Shown here piece after piece: positions 1 through 10,033 of a DNA stretch of 36,000 nucleotides; the stretch's first letter is position 1, and each line of letters begins with the position of its first letter. The notes beneath the pieces were generated by a model, which ran no database searches, had not been told where the DNA came from, and was given only the letters and a program-made list of their open reading frames with translations. Origin of the DNA: an uncultured Clostridia bacterium (GTDB lineage Bacteria; CAYTYR01; UBA6262). The DNA is taken from NCBI GenBank assembly GCA_964441745.1, contig CAYTYR010000017.1:1-36000 (forward strand), in the 5' to 3' direction. The translations under genes were made by a program, and so were the position numbers.

Positions 1-477
1 TTGAGCCGGCACGCCAAAATCAATTTCTTTTTCCGCGCGGTTAATAATTGCTCCAACTCCGAGAACCTGGCCGCTAGTTCCCTTTACCACTTCGATAACT
101 TCCTTGGTTGATTTGCCAGTCGTAAAAACATCTTCGATCACGATCAATTTCTCTCCAGGTGAAATAGTAAATCCCCGGCGGAGGGTCATTTGTCCGTCTT
201 GTCTTTCCGTAAAAATAAATCTTACTCCCAAGGCCTTGGCCACTTCATGCCCGATTATCAAGCCACCCATAGCCGGGCTAATGACCACATCAACAGCTGC
301 TGCTTTAAACTGCTCGGCTAAGGCCTGTCCAAGTTTTTTAGCCAGCTTTGGATACTGCAGGACCAAGGCACATTGCAGGTATCTTTCACTATGCAATCCG
401 CTGGATAATAAAAAATGACCTTTTAACAGGGCATTATTATTTTGGAACATTTCCAATACTGCTTTTGGAGTGATCAT
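1..477 (-). CDS. pyrE: Orotate phosphoribosyltransferase (3' end runs off the window)
   Basis: Manual translation from ATG 477 (ATGA overlap with pyrF stop): MITPKAVLEMFQNNNALLKGHFLLSSGLHSERYLQCA..., PRPP-binding IVIEDVFTTGKST; not in ORF track because it is truncated. Confidence 0.95.
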   Translation of the reverse strand, partial: MITPKAVLEMFQNNNALLKGHFLLSSGLHSERYLQCALVLQYPKLAKKLGQALAEQFKAAAVDVVISPAMGGLIIGHEVAKALGVRFIFTERQDGQMTLRRGFTISPGEKLIVIEDVFTTGKSTKEVIEVVKGTSGQVLGVGAIINRAEKEIDFGVPAQ

Positions 478-1154
478 CTTTCACCTATATCTTCTAAGAT
501 GGATAAGGTCGCCGCGCGAACGTCAGCTGCTTCCAGCACCGGCCTGCCAACAACGATAAAATCAGCTCCGGATTTAACTGCTTCAGCCGCGCTCATCGTT
601 CTTTTCTGGTCATCACTGCTTTTCTTAGTTCTTACTCCAGGGGTGACAATAGTAAAGGTATCGCCGACGAGAGTACGCACATGGCTGATTTCCTGAGGCG
701 AACAGATAATACCATCAAGATGGCTGTCTTTGGCCATCTTAGCGAACGTAAATACCTGAGTTTTTACCGTATTGCTGTAACCTATTTGTTTCAGGTTGTC
801 ATCATTCAAGCTGGTTAATACAGTGACACCCCATAGTTGCGGTCTGGGCTGTACCGCGGCAGCGGCCAGGAGCATTTCCTTTCCTCCCGCTACATGCAAG
901 GTCATCGCCATTGCTCCCATTTTCTGGCCGGATTCTACCGCTTTGGCCACAGTATGCGGAATATCATGGAGTTTGAGATCCAGGAAAACCTTAGATCCTT
1001 TATCGATAATCATTTTAACAATATCCGGGCCAGCAATGGTGAACAGTTGGAGGCCCACTTTAAAGACATCGGTGATATCTGCCAGCTGATTGACTAAGGC
1101 AACTGCTTTTTCTTTAGTATCAACGTCGAGCGCGACGATCAGTTTGCTGAGCAT
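474..1154 (-). CDS. pyrF: Orotidine-5'-phosphate decarboxylase
   Basis: IVALD, FKVG, FLDLKLHDIPHTV, VTPGVR, DDQKR, VVGRP motifs. Confidence 0.97.
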   Translation of the reverse strand: MLSKLIVALDVDTKEKAVALVNQLADITDVFKVGLQLFTIAGPDIVKMIIDKGSKVFLDLKLHDIPHTVAKAVESGQKMGAMAMTLHVAGGKEMLLAAAAVQPRPQLWGVTVLTSLNDDNLKQIGYSNTVKTQVFTFAKMAKDSHLDGIICSPQEISHVRTLVGDTFTIVTPGVRTKKSSDDQKRTMSAAEAVKSGADFIVVGRPVLEAADVRAATLSILEDIGER

Positions 1155-1159
1155 AGTAG

Positions 1160-2068
1160 TTAGTCTAAACTCCCTATAAGTTCTTTGATCTGCCTGATCT
1201 TGTTTTCTTTAATGTAATGCTGCAGTCCATTAATGATGTTGATCGGTATTTTGGGATCTACAAAATTACCGACCCCGACCGCGACCGCACTGGCCCCGGT
1301 AATAATGAACTCCAGCGCGTCATTTACATTCATGATGCCGCCCATACCTATAACCGGTATCTTAACCGCGTTTTTTACTTCATATACTTTATAGAGGGCT
1401 TGCGGCTTGATCGCCGGTCCGCACAAGCCAGCAACAATATTCTTAAATACCGGTTTTTTAGTTTTCAGATCAAGAGCCATAGCATTGAACGTATTAACTA
1501 CGGCGATCGCCTCGGCCCCGGCTTTTTCACAAGCTTTGGCAATAATGGTAATATCAGTTATATTTGGCGTCAATTTGGCAATTACTGGTTTACGGCTAAA
1601 GCGAACCACCTTTTTAATGATCTCATAACTAAGATCTTTATCCTGCGCGAATAATCCTTTTTTCTTATGACGCACATTGGGGCAGGATATATTCACTTCC
1701 AGAGCGTCAAAAGTTTCTTCCTTCAGGGCCTGCGCCAGCTGGCAATATTCGGCCACGCTTTCACCGGCGATACTAACGATCACCCTGGTATCATATTTTT
1801 GCAGATACGGCAATTTCTCATCTATAAAAGTTGCCAATCCTACATTTTGCAGGCCAATAGAGTTAAGCAGGCCGCCTTGGGATTCCCAAAGCCGCGGCTG
1901 GGGATTACCCAGCCTGGGCTTTAGCGTTATGCTCTTGGTAACAATAGCTCCAAGCTCATTTAAATCGATCAACTGAGCATATTCTTCGCCATAACCGAAA
2001 GCGCCGCTAGCTACCATCACCGGATTTTTTAATTTAAGAGAACCTATTTTGACGTTTAATCCGTCCAT
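1160..2068 (-). CDS. pyrD: Dihydroorotate dehydrogenase (family 1B), catalytic subunit
   Basis: NPVMVASG, KSIT, GNPQPR, NSIGLQN, EVNISCPN, KLTPN, GPAIKP; next to pyrK. Confidence 0.96.
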   Translation of the reverse strand: MDGLNVKIGSLKLKNPVMVASGAFGYGEEYAQLIDLNELGAIVTKSITLKPRLGNPQPRLWESQGGLLNSIGLQNVGLATFIDEKLPYLQKYDTRVIVSIAGESVAEYCQLAQALKEETFDALEVNISCPNVRHKKKGLFAQDKDLSYEIIKKVVRFSRKPVIAKLTPNITDITIIAKACEKAGAEAIAVVNTFNAMALDLKTKKPVFKNIVAGLCGPAIKPQALYKVYEVKNAVKIPVIGMGGIMNVNDALEFIITGASAVAVGVGNFVDPKIPINIINGLQHYIKENKIRQIKELIGSLD

Positions 2069-2838
2069 TATAAGGCAACCTCGTTGATATTAAATACTGG
2101 GCCATCTTTGCAAACCCGCAGGTATTCGCCCTTTACGCCCTTGACCACACAACCCATGCAGGCGCCTACACCGCAACCCATATGTTCTTCCAAAGAAACT
2201 TCACAGGGAATACGAAAATGCCGGCACAGCTTTATAAGTTCTCGTAACATCGGTAAAGGGCCGCAAGCATAGACCATACTGGGATGGGTACTAAAGATTG
2301 CTACTATTTCCCGGAATAATTCAGTGACTAGTCCTGGCTGTCCCTGGCTCCCGTCATCAGTAGCTGTTTTTACCGTACAGCCGAGCTGGGCAAAGACTTC
2401 AGCACATAAAAGCTCAGTCTTAGTTTTAGCGCCGATTAGCGCCATTGGTGGCTGATGGTATTTACTTTTTAAAGCTGCCGCCAGAAAAGCCAGCGAAGCT
2501 ATTCCTGTGCCGCCGCCGACCAATATTGTTTTTCCTTCAGTCAGCGTATAACCGTGTCCCAGGGGGCCGATCACATCGATCTGCTCTTGTACTTTAAACT
2601 GAGCTAGTTTTTCGGTCCCCCGCCCTACTACTTTATAGATAATTTCCAGTTGATCGCCTTTTACCAGGTGAATACTTAAAGGCCGGCGTAACAGTAGGTC
2701 TGATCCTTTATCCACCCGGATATTCACGAACTGGCCTGGCTTGGCCTTGGCGGCCATACTTTTATTCGGCAGGACCAATTTATAAAAATTACCACAAAGA
2801 AGCTGATTGGCGGCTACCCGGCATTTAGCCTGCAACAA
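2068..2838 (-). CDS. pyrK: Dihydroorotate dehydrogenase electron transfer subunit
   Basis: PGQFV, RRPLSI, GPLGHG, GGGTG, ACGP, [2Fe-2S] motif MGCGVGACMGC...VCKDGPVF. Confidence 0.95.
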   Translation of the reverse strand: MLQAKCRVAANQLLCGNFYKLVLPNKSMAAKAKPGQFVNIRVDKGSDLLLRRPLSIHLVKGDQLEIIYKVVGRGTEKLAQFKVQEQIDVIGPLGHGYTLTEGKTILVGGGTGIASLAFLAAALKSKYHQPPMALIGAKTKTELLCAEVFAQLGCTVKTATDDGSQGQPGLVTELFREIVAIFSTHPSMVYACGPLPMLRELIKLCRHFRIPCEVSLEEHMGCGVGACMGCVVKGVKGEYLRVCKDGPVFNINEVAL

Positions 2839-4117
2839 GTTCGCCCTCCGCCATGCAGATCCTGCCGCCGACTATGGTATAGACGGCATGCCCCTTCAGA
2901 GTATAGCCGATAAAAGGAGAATTGTTACTTTGGCTTTCAAATTTTTCGATTTTACGGCTGGCTTTAACATCAATAATAGTAATGTCAGCATCTGCTCCAG
3001 GGGATAAGGCGCCCTTGTTCAGGCCTAGAATATGAGCTGGGTTCACGGTCAGTTTCTTGATCGCTTCGCGCAAGGTCAGGAACTTTTTATCAACCAACTC
3101 GGTGATGATCAGGGGCAACATAGTCTCCAACCCGATGATCCCAAAAGGCGCCAATTCGTATTCCTGGTTCTTTTCGTCTTCCAGATGCGGCGCATGATCG
3201 CTGGCAATGCAATCAATGGTTCCGTCCTGCAGCCCGTGTTTAATGGCCTGGACATCTTTTTTGGTACGCAGCGGCGGATTCATTTTGGTATTAGTGTTAT
3301 AGGTTTTGACCGCTTCATCAGTCAGGGTGAAATAATGCGGCGCGGTTTCCGCGGTAATCTTGATATTCATGCGTTTGGCGCGCCTGATCATGCCTACACT
3401 GCCTTCGGTTGATACATGGGCAATATGCAAGTGTCCGCCGGTCATTTCCGCTAGCTGAATATCCCGGGAAACAATAACCTCTTCAGCCTGGCGCGGGATC
3501 CCGCGCATGCCCAGGATAGTTGAAATATAGCCTTCATTGATCAGCCCCTCGGCTGAAAGGTCAGTGTCTTCACAATGTGAGATGACCGGTAATTTAAACA
3601 TTTTTGAATATTCCAGCGCCCGGCGCATGATCAGTGAGTTATAGACGGTTTTGCCATCATCGGTAATCCCGGCTACACCGGCCTTCTTCAATTCCCCGAT
3701 AGGAGCCATTTCCTCTCCCAGCAGTCCTTTCGTAATCGCTCCGATCGGATAAACATTGACCCAGCCCTCTTTTTGCGCTTTGGAAAGAATCAACTCTACC
3801 TGCGCCTGGTTATCAGTGACTGGTTGGGTATTGGGCATACAGCAGATGCTCGTAAACCCGCCTTTGCAGGCGGCACGGGTACCGCTGGCAATAGTTTCTT
3901 CATCTTCCCGGCCTGGTTCACGCAGGTGCGTATGCATATCGATCAATCCAGGAGTGACTACTTTGCCCCGCGCATCGATAACCTTAACATTAGGCTTATT
4001 TACTTTAATGTTTGAGCTTACTTTTTTAATAATGCCTTCTTCAATATAAATATCTTTTTGCGCATCAATCCTATTCGCCGGATCAATTACCCTGCCGCCT
4101 TTGATCAGAATACGCAT
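2825..4117 (-). CDS. pyrC: Dihydroorotase
   Basis: PGLIDMHTHLREPG, MPNT, HCED, HIAHVST, KMNPPLR, SDHAPH. Confidence 0.97.
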   Translation of the reverse strand: MRILIKGGRVIDPANRIDAQKDIYIEEGIIKKVSSNIKVNKPNVKVIDARGKVVTPGLIDMHTHLREPGREDEETIASGTRAACKGGFTSICCMPNTQPVTDNQAQVELILSKAQKEGWVNVYPIGAITKGLLGEEMAPIGELKKAGVAGITDDGKTVYNSLIMRRALEYSKMFKLPVISHCEDTDLSAEGLINEGYISTILGMRGIPRQAEEVIVSRDIQLAEMTGGHLHIAHVSTEGSVGMIRRAKRMNIKITAETAPHYFTLTDEAVKTYNTNTKMNPPLRTKKDVQAIKHGLQDGTIDCIASDHAPHLEDEKNQEYELAPFGIIGLETMLPLIITELVDKKFLTLREAIKKLTVNPAHILGLNKGALSPGADADITIIDVKASRKIEKFESQSNNSPFIGYTLKGHAVYTIVGGRICMAEGELVAG

Positions 4118-5059
4118 TTATTCACCTTCCTCTACTTTTTCCGCTCCGCCAGCCAGCAGGTACAGGACCGCCATCCTGATGGCAATACCGTTGGTTACCT
4201 GCTCGGTGATCACTGAAAAACTGCTGTCTGCTACTTCGCTGGAGATTTCAATACCCCGGTTCATCGGGCCGGGATGCATAACGATCACGTCTTTCTTGCA
4301 TTTTTTCAGCCGGTCCATGTCAACCCCGTATAATTCGCTGTATTCACGAAGCGACGGGAAGTGATGCTGTTTCTGCCGCTCGCGCTGTACCCGGAGGACA
4401 TAGATCACATCAGCGTTGGGCAGGACATCATCCAGCTTGTACGCTACCTTTACCTTCAGGTTTTCTATATGCGCGGGAATAAGTGTGACCGGCCCGACTA
4501 CGGTTACTTTCGCTCCCATTTTAGTCAAGGCCCAGATATTAGACCGGGCTACCCGGGAGTGCAGTATATCTCCCACGATCACCACATTCTGGTTCTCTAT
4601 TTTTCCTTTTTTATCCCTGATAGTGAAGAGATCAAGCAGAGCCTGTGTCGGATGTTCATGCATACCGTCGCCGGCATTGATGATGCTGGCATTAATAGTT
4701 CTGGCCACTAAATGCGGCGCCCCGGCCATGCTATGGCGGATGACCACAAAATCAGCTTTCATCGCTTCAATGGTCTTAGCCGTGTCGATCAGGCTTTCAC
4801 CTTTGACGATGCTGGAGGTATTTACCGAGATGTTAACAACATCGGCGCTTAATCTTTTTTCGGCTAATTCGAATGAGGTCCTGGTCCTGGTGGATGGTTC
4901 ATAGAAGAGGTTGACTACGGTTTTACCGCGTAAGGTGGGAACTTTTTTAACAGAGCGGGTAAAGATTTCCTTAAAAGGTACCGCTGTATCCAGAATTAAT
5001 TTGATCTCTTCGGGAGTAAGCGTTTCGATACCGAGCAGATTCCTATCTCTTAGTCTCAC
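4118..5059 (-). CDS. pyrB: Aspartate carbamoyltransferase catalytic subunit
   Basis: [50 protein letters not shown] start with AGGAGG RBS. Confidence 0.97.
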   Translation of the reverse strand: MRLRDRNLLGIETLTPEEIKLILDTAVPFKEIFTRSVKKVPTLRGKTVVNLFYEPSTRTRTSFELAEKRLSADVVNISVNTSSIVKGESLIDTAKTIEAMKADFVVIRHSMAGAPHLVARTINASIINAGDGMHEHPTQALLDLFTIRDKKGKIENQNVVIVGDILHSRVARSNIWALTKMGAKVTVVGPVTLIPAHIENLKVKVAYKLDDVLPNADVIYVLRVQRERQKQHHFPSLREYSELYGVDMDRLKKCKKDVIVMHPGPMNRGIEISSEVADSSFSVITEQVTNGIAIRMAVLYLLAGGAEKVEEGE

Positions 5060-5080
5060 CCGTAAGACCTCCTTTTGACC

Positions 5081-5638
5081 TTACGTACTCATTTGTTCAT
5101 TTAATGTGATCTGGTCCTGCTGGTCTAGTTCCTTGAAATTTACGCTGATCATTTCGGTTTTTGCAGTTTTGAATACCTTGCCGCAAAAATCAGCCTGGAT
5201 CGGCAATTCCCTGTGGCCGCGGTCAACCAGGACGGCCAGTTGGATACTTTTTGGCCGCCCGAAGTCAATGATCTCATCTAAGGCTGCCCTGATGGTCCGC
5301 CCGGTGAATAACACGTCATCAACCAGGATAATGTTCTTCTCTTCTATATGAAATGGTATCTGGGTTTCTTTCACCAGCGGCATCTCAGACAGGCTGGTAA
5401 AATCATCCCGGTATAAGGTTATATCCAGGACCCCGATCGGAATGGTCTTACGGGATATTTTCTTAATTTCCGCAGCCAGGCGTTCAGCCAGGAAGACTCC
5501 CCTGGTCCTGATCCCGATGATGACCAGATCTTTAGTGCCATGATTCTTTTCGATTATTTCCATCGCTAACCGTTTGATCGTAATATTAATTTCATTCTTG
5601 CTCATGATCACTTTTTTAGTTTGATAGCTGTTAGTCAT
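5081..5638 (-). CDS. pyrR: Pyrimidine regulatory protein / uracil phosphoribosyltransferase PyrR
   Basis: [41 protein letters not shown]. Confidence 0.96.
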   Translation of the reverse strand: MTNSYQTKKVIMSKNEINITIKRLAMEIIEKNHGTKDLVIIGIRTRGVFLAERLAAEIKKISRKTIPIGVLDITLYRDDFTSLSEMPLVKETQIPFHIEEKNIILVDDVLFTGRTIRAALDEIIDFGRPKSIQLAVLVDRGHRELPIQADFCGKVFKTAKTEMISVNFKELDQQDQITLNEQMST

Positions 5639-6099
5639 TTCTTGCTCCCGGCCGCCAGCTTTTGCTTAAAGGCTTTTAGCTTATTATTTAATACTGGCTC
5701 ATTAACGGCTAATATCTGGCAGGCTAAGATAGCCGCATTTTTAGCCCCATTGATCGCTACGGTAGCTACAGGCACGCCATTGGGCATTTGCACAATTGAC
5801 AAGAGAGAATCCAATCCTGCCAAATCTTTGGTATTGATCGGCACTCCAATGACCGGCAGCTGGGTATAAGCGGCAATCACTCCTGGCAGATGTGCTGCTT
5901 TGCCAGCACCGGCAATGATCACCTTGAAACCATTTTTCTCAGCAGCGCTTGAAAACTGTGCGACTGGCTTTGGAGTTCTGTGAGCGGACATGATCTTTAG
6001 CTTATAAGGGATACCGAATTCTTTTAACATCTTTGCTGCCTCGGTCATTATTCCCAGGTCTGATTCACTGCCCATAATTATTGCTACCTTATACTTCAT
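5635..6099 (-). CDS. purE: N5-carboxyaminoimidazole ribonucleotide mutase
   Basis: [35 protein letters not shown]. Confidence 0.97.
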   Translation of the reverse strand: MKYKVAIIMGSESDLGIMTEAAKMLKEFGIPYKLKIMSAHRTPKPVAQFSSAAEKNGFKVIIAGAGKAAHLPGVIAAYTQLPVIGVPINTKDLAGLDSLLSIVQMPNGVPVATVAINGAKNAAILACQILAVNEPVLNNKLKAFKQKLAAGSKK

Positions 6100-6117
6100 T
6101 GCTGATCTCCAAGTTTT

Positions 6118-6294
6118 AAATTCTAATATCTAATATCGAAATACTAAACAAGACCTAAACTCCAAATTCAAATTTCTAAACTTCGTGCTATTTATATTTT
6201 GAACATTAGATATTGTTTACCTGTCCCCGCGTCTTTGATTTGTACCTTAGTACAAATCAGCAGGGGAGATTTTAGATATTCGGATTTCGTATTT
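6118..6294. repeat. Imperfect palindrome built of degenerate heptamers (AAATTCT/AATATCT/AAATACT...TAAACAA), family shared with 21396-21525 and 25249-25283
   Basis: Left arm aaattctaatatctaatatcgaaatactaaacaa; right arm attagatattgttta...ttagatattcggatttcgtattt is its approximate reverse complement. Confidence 0.75.
6220..6266 (+). repeat. CCTG-footed hairpin mini-element (REP-like) nested in the palindrome
   Basis: CCTG-t-CCCC...TGATTTGTAC-ctta-GTACAAATCA...GGGG; perfect 10-bp inner stem. Confidence 0.6.
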
Positions 6295-6295
6295 G

Positions 6296-7624
6296 CTATA
6301 AGCCTCTTCGTCCTATATCTTTTCGCCACTGGGCACCTTCAAATTTGATCAAAGGTACTGCGGCATAAGAATTATCGATCGCCTCTTGCAGGGTTTCCCC
6401 TGTCGCTGTTACTCCTAAAACCCTTCCTCCTGAAGTGACTATACGGGAACGATCATACTCGACGAGCCCTTCGGCTGTTTCTTTTTGCGGAAAAGCCGTC
6501 CCGGCATGAAAAACCGTGACCTCACTCAAAGCCTCAGCCTGTTCCAATCCGGTTAATATCTTACCCTTGCTGAAACCTCCCGGATAACCCATGCTGGCCA
6601 TAATTACGCAAACGCAATGTTTCTGTTCCCATTCGATCTTAAGATCTTTTAATTTACCCAGATTGATATACTCAATAATTTTTAAAATATCTGTTTTTAA
6701 AAGAGGCATAATAACTTGTGTTTCAGGGTCCCCAAATCTAACATTGTATTCTAACACAAAAGGGTCGCCTTTGACAATCATTATTCCTGCGTAAATCACT
6801 CCGCGGTAGACTATTTTTTCCTGTTTTAGGCCGGCAATGGTCGGCAACAATACTTTTTCCCTTATTTTCCGGTGCAGTTCATCATTCAGTTTGGTAACCG
6901 GAGCATAACATCCCATCCCGCCGGTATTTGGACCCTGATCATCGTCGTAGATCCTTTTATGATCCTGCACCGGGACCATCGGCACAATGGTTTCACCATC
7001 GGTAAAACAGAGAATGGAAGCTTCTTCTCCGCCGATAAATTCCTCGATCACCAGCTTATCACCGGCAGTCCCAAATACCTTTTTCAACATGATCACATCA
7101 ACTGCCTTTTCTGCTTCGGCCAAGGTATGGCAGATCATCACCCCTTTCCCTGCCGCCAGTCCGTCTGCCTTGATCACGATAGGATAGCCGGATGGGCTAT
7201 GAGCATTACTGAATTTAGGGTTTTTGATGAAATCAAGGGCTTGCTTGGGCGAGGTGAATATTTCAAAACCAGCGGTAGGTATGCCGCATTTCTGCATGAA
7301 AGTCTTGGCAAAAGCTTTACTGCCTTCCAATTGGGAGGCTAGCTTATTGGGTCCAAATACTTTAAAACTTCTTTTTTCAAAATAATCAACAAAACCTTTA
7401 ACCAGCGGAACTTCCGGTCCGACAATGATCAAGCCAATATTATTGCTCTTGCAGTATTTTTCAATATAGGGAAAATCATCAACTGGTTTATCACTACATT
7501 TGGCGAGCTGGGAGATCCCGGCATTACCGGGAATACAAAATATTTCAGTGGTGGCCGAACTTTGCTTTAATTTCCAGATTAAAGCGTGTTCCCTTCCTCC
7601 ACCGCCGATCACCAGAATGTTCAT
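6296..7624 (-). CDS. purD: Phosphoribosylamine--glycine ligase
   Basis: GGGGREHAL, PGNAG, VGPEVPL, LEGSK, KADGLAAGKGV, QDHKR, GPNTGGMG, EYNVRFGDPE, SGGRVL. Confidence 0.97.
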   Translation of the reverse strand: MNILVIGGGGREHALIWKLKQSSATTEIFCIPGNAGISQLAKCSDKPVDDFPYIEKYCKSNNIGLIIVGPEVPLVKGFVDYFEKRSFKVFGPNKLASQLEGSKAFAKTFMQKCGIPTAGFEIFTSPKQALDFIKNPKFSNAHSPSGYPIVIKADGLAAGKGVMICHTLAEAEKAVDVIMLKKVFGTAGDKLVIEEFIGGEEASILCFTDGETIVPMVPVQDHKRIYDDDQGPNTGGMGCYAPVTKLNDELHRKIREKVLLPTIAGLKQEKIVYRGVIYAGIMIVKGDPFVLEYNVRFGDPETQVIMPLLKTDILKIIEYINLGKLKDLKIEWEQKHCVCVIMASMGYPGGFSKGKILTGLEQAEALSEVTVFHAGTAFPQKETAEGLVEYDRSRIVTSGGRVLGVTATGETLQEAIDNSYAAVPLIKFEGAQWRKDIGRRGL

Positions 7625-7649
7625 TATTGTCTCCTTGCCATAAAGCTGC

Positions 7650-7737
7650 GAGTTTCGGGTTCCGAGTTTCGAGTTTAGGTATAATACTTTTTATATCAAC
7701 AATAATTATTATTAACCCGCAACCTGAAACTAGTAAC
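7650..7737. repeat. Heptamer-repeat palindrome (GAGTTTC)n ... (AACYNGN)n
   Basis: gagtttc gggttcc gagtttc gagttta (7650-7677) and inverted aacccgc aacctga aactagt (7714-7734) in the purF-purD spacer. Confidence 0.65.
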
Positions 7738-7742
7738 ATCTT

Positions 7743-9098
7743 TTATTTAATTGGGTATTCATCAGTAAAACAAGCGCAGCAAAAATTAGCTGCCGAAACT
7801 TTAGTCGCTTTCAGCAATCCGGCCATGCTTAAATAATGCAGGCTGTCTACTCCTAAATATTCTTTTATTTGCTTAACAGAGTAGTTACTGGCAATTAATT
7901 CTTTTTTATCCGGGGTATCAATACCGTAAAAACAAGGACCAATTATAGGTGGGGAACTGATGCAGAGATGAATCTCTTTAGCGCCGGCCGCGTAAAGCAT
8001 TTTAACCAGTTTTTTGGAAGTTGTTCCTCTGACTATTGAGTCATCGATCACAATAACTTTTTTATTTTTCAGAACTTCCCGGATCGGGTTGTATTTAATC
8101 TTAGCGCCAAAATCACGAATTTGCTGATCAGGTTCAATAAAGGTCCGGCCAATGTAATGATTGCGGATCAGGCCGGTTTCAAACGGGATACCAGACTCTT
8201 CAGCAAAACCGACCGCCGCGCTGTTAGCGCTATCAGGAACCGGAATGACCAGGTCTGCCTTGAGCTTGGTTTCCCGGGCTAACTGCTTTCCGTATTCCCG
8301 ACGGACCATATGCACATTGCGTCCAAAAATATAGCTATCGGGACGGCTAAAATAGATAAATTCAAAAATGCACATCGCTGATAATTTTTCTTGGGCAAAC
8401 TTCACGCTTTTCAGGCCTTTTGCAGTGATGGTCAGGAGTTCCCCCGGCTCAACATCACGAATATACTTGGCATTGATCAGGTCCAGAGCGCAAGTCTCAC
8501 TGGCGACGACATAAGCATCCCCTAATTTGCCCAGGCACAGTGGCCTGACGCCAAAGGGATCACGGACAGCAAACAATGTATTTGGAGTGCTGATCAACAA
8601 AGAATATGCGCCTTTAACCTGCCGCAATGATTTAATAATAGCTTCTTCCAGTGGTACGCCATTGGCTTTAGCGATAAGATGCAGTATGACTTCAGTATCA
8701 CTGGTGCTTTGGAAAATTGAGCCTTCTTTCTCCAGGCGGGTCCTGATCATATCAGTGTTTATCAAATTACCATTATGGGCAATAGCCATTTGGCCCTTAG
8801 CGTATTTGATCAACAGCGGTTGCGCGTTTATTAGGAAACTCATTCCAGTCGTGGAATAACGGTTATGTCCAATCGCCAGGTGTCCCGGCAATTTATCGAG
8901 AGTATCACGATTAAAAATATCAGATACCAGGCCCATACCTAGATGAGGATACATCTGCTGGCCGTCTCCGGTGACGATACCAGCTGATTCTTGGCCCCGA
9001 TGCTGCAGTGAATATAAACCAAGATAAGTAAGACGGGCTGCTTCATGATGCCCGAATATTCCGAACACTCCACATTTTTCATTTAATGTTTTAAACAT
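7743..9098 (-). CDS. purF: Amidophosphoribosyltransferase
   Basis: Propeptide then CGVFG, QHRGQESAG, RYSTTG, HNGNL, SDTE, CIFEFIYFSRPDS, DDSIVRGTT, Fe-S Cys CFYGID/CCACF. Confidence 0.97.
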   Translation of the reverse strand: MFKTLNEKCGVFGIFGHHEAARLTYLGLYSLQHRGQESAGIVTGDGQQMYPHLGMGLVSDIFNRDTLDKLPGHLAIGHNRYSTTGMSFLINAQPLLIKYAKGQMAIAHNGNLINTDMIRTRLEKEGSIFQSTSDTEVILHLIAKANGVPLEEAIIKSLRQVKGAYSLLISTPNTLFAVRDPFGVRPLCLGKLGDAYVVASETCALDLINAKYIRDVEPGELLTITAKGLKSVKFAQEKLSAMCIFEFIYFSRPDSYIFGRNVHMVRREYGKQLARETKLKADLVIPVPDSANSAAVGFAEESGIPFETGLIRNHYIGRTFIEPDQQIRDFGAKIKYNPIREVLKNKKVIVIDDSIVRGTTSKKLVKMLYAAGAKEIHLCISSPPIIGPCFYGIDTPDKKELIASNYSVKQIKEYLGVDSLHYLSMAGLLKATKVSAANFCCACFTDEYPIK

Positions 9099-9113
9099 GT
9101 CTAACCTCTAGTT

Positions 9114-9170
9114 TAGTGATAAGTGGTATAGTGGTAAAGTGGTATAGGGCAAAACAAAACTCTATCACTA
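9114..9170. repeat. Octamer tandem repeat (AGTGGTAW)x3 with short inverted end
   Basis: agtggtat agtggtaa agtggtat at 9122-9145; tagtgata at left mirrored by tatcacta at right. Confidence 0.6.
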
Positions 9171-9962
9171 TTTTACGAAGTTCACGGCGTTAATGAATAT
9201 TACCAATCCATCGCCTTCCTCAGGTAGTTTTATTCTGGTCCATTGAGGATGATTATATTTAGTTACATGCCGTTCGGGATGAGGCATCAAGCCAAAAATA
9301 TTCCCCGCCGGATTACAAATGCCGGCAATATTTTCAACTGAGCCGTTTGGGTTAGAGGGATAGCCGGCCATTTTCCCTTTTTCATCTACATATTGCAATA
9401 CTATCTGTCCATTTTTCTTTAGCTGCTTGAGAACTTCCTCATCCTTGGGAATGAATTTCCCTTCCCCATGCGCCACCGGTAAATAAATAGTTTTTTTGAT
9501 CCCCTTTGTCCATAAACACTTGTCGCGCGTCGCGCGTCGCGCGTCGCGCGCAAGATAAACCCAGCGGTCTTCAAACTTGGCTGAATCATTGAAACTGAGC
9601 GTAGCCTGTAATTCCTGGTCGATGGTTTCAAATCCAGGCAGGATCCCTGATTTTACTAATACCTGAAAGCCGTTACAGATGCCAATGACTGGTTTGCCGC
9701 TTTCGGCAAAAGACCTGATCTGGTCATATAATTTATAGCGTAATTCATTAGCCAATACTTTGCCGCTGGCTATATCATCGCCGTAGGAAAAGCCGCCAGG
9801 GATCGCCAGGATGCCATAATCACTTAATTTTACCTGTCCGTCGATGAACCTGTTAATGTGTACCCTTTCCGGTTCTCCGCCTGCCAGGCTGAAAGCCTGC
9901 GCTGTTTCCACGTCGCAATTAGTCCCGGCAGTTCTTAATATGAGTACTTTAGGTTTGTTCAT
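9168..9962 (-). CDS. purQ: Phosphoribosylformylglycinamidine synthase, glutaminase subunit
   Basis: GTNCD, PGGFSYGD, GICNGFQ, AHGEG, NPNGS, MPHPER. Confidence 0.96.
   Translation of the reverse strand: MNKPKVLILRTAGTNCDVETAQAFSLAGGEPERVHINRFIDGQVKLSDYGILAIPGGFSYGDDIASGKVLANELRYKLYDQIRSFAESGKPVIGICNGFQVLVKSGILPGFETIDQELQATLSFNDSAKFEDRWVYLARDARRATRDKCLWTKGIKKTIYLPVAHGEGKFIPKDEEVLKQLKKNGQIVLQYVDEKGKMAGYPSNPNGSVENIAGICNPAGNIFGLMPHPERHVTKYNHPQWTRIKLPEEGDGLVIFINAVNFVK
9522..9549. repeat. Perfect heptamer tandem repeat (GTCGCGC)x4 inside purQ
   Basis: gtcgcgc x4 read directly; encodes ARDARRATRD. Confidence 0.9.
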
Positions 9963-9992
9963 GATTTATCTGTGTAATCTCGCTTTCTAATC

Positions 9993-10014
9993 CCTGCCCC
10001 GATGCCCATCGGGG
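9993..10014 (+). repeat. CCTG-footed hairpin mini-element (REP-like)
   Basis: CCTG-CCCCGATG-cc-CATCGGGG, perfect 8-bp stem, within a (TGTAATC)-type repeat tract. Confidence 0.65.
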
Positions 10015-10033
10015 TGAATGTAATCGTACTTAA

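Noticed and set aside
5060-5700. PyrR attenuator near pyrR/pyrB
   Set aside because: No leader space and no AGUCC...AGGC binding-loop motif found by eye
7185-7215. Possible heptamer insertion in purD (atgggct atgagca; KFSNAHSPSG)
   Set aside because: Only two degenerate units; too weak without an alignment
7545-7836. ORFs 7545-7739 (-) and 7627-7836 (+) spanning the purF-purD spacer
   Set aside because: Their low-complexity peptides (KLETRNPKL) are translations of the heptamer repeat, and both overlap real genes
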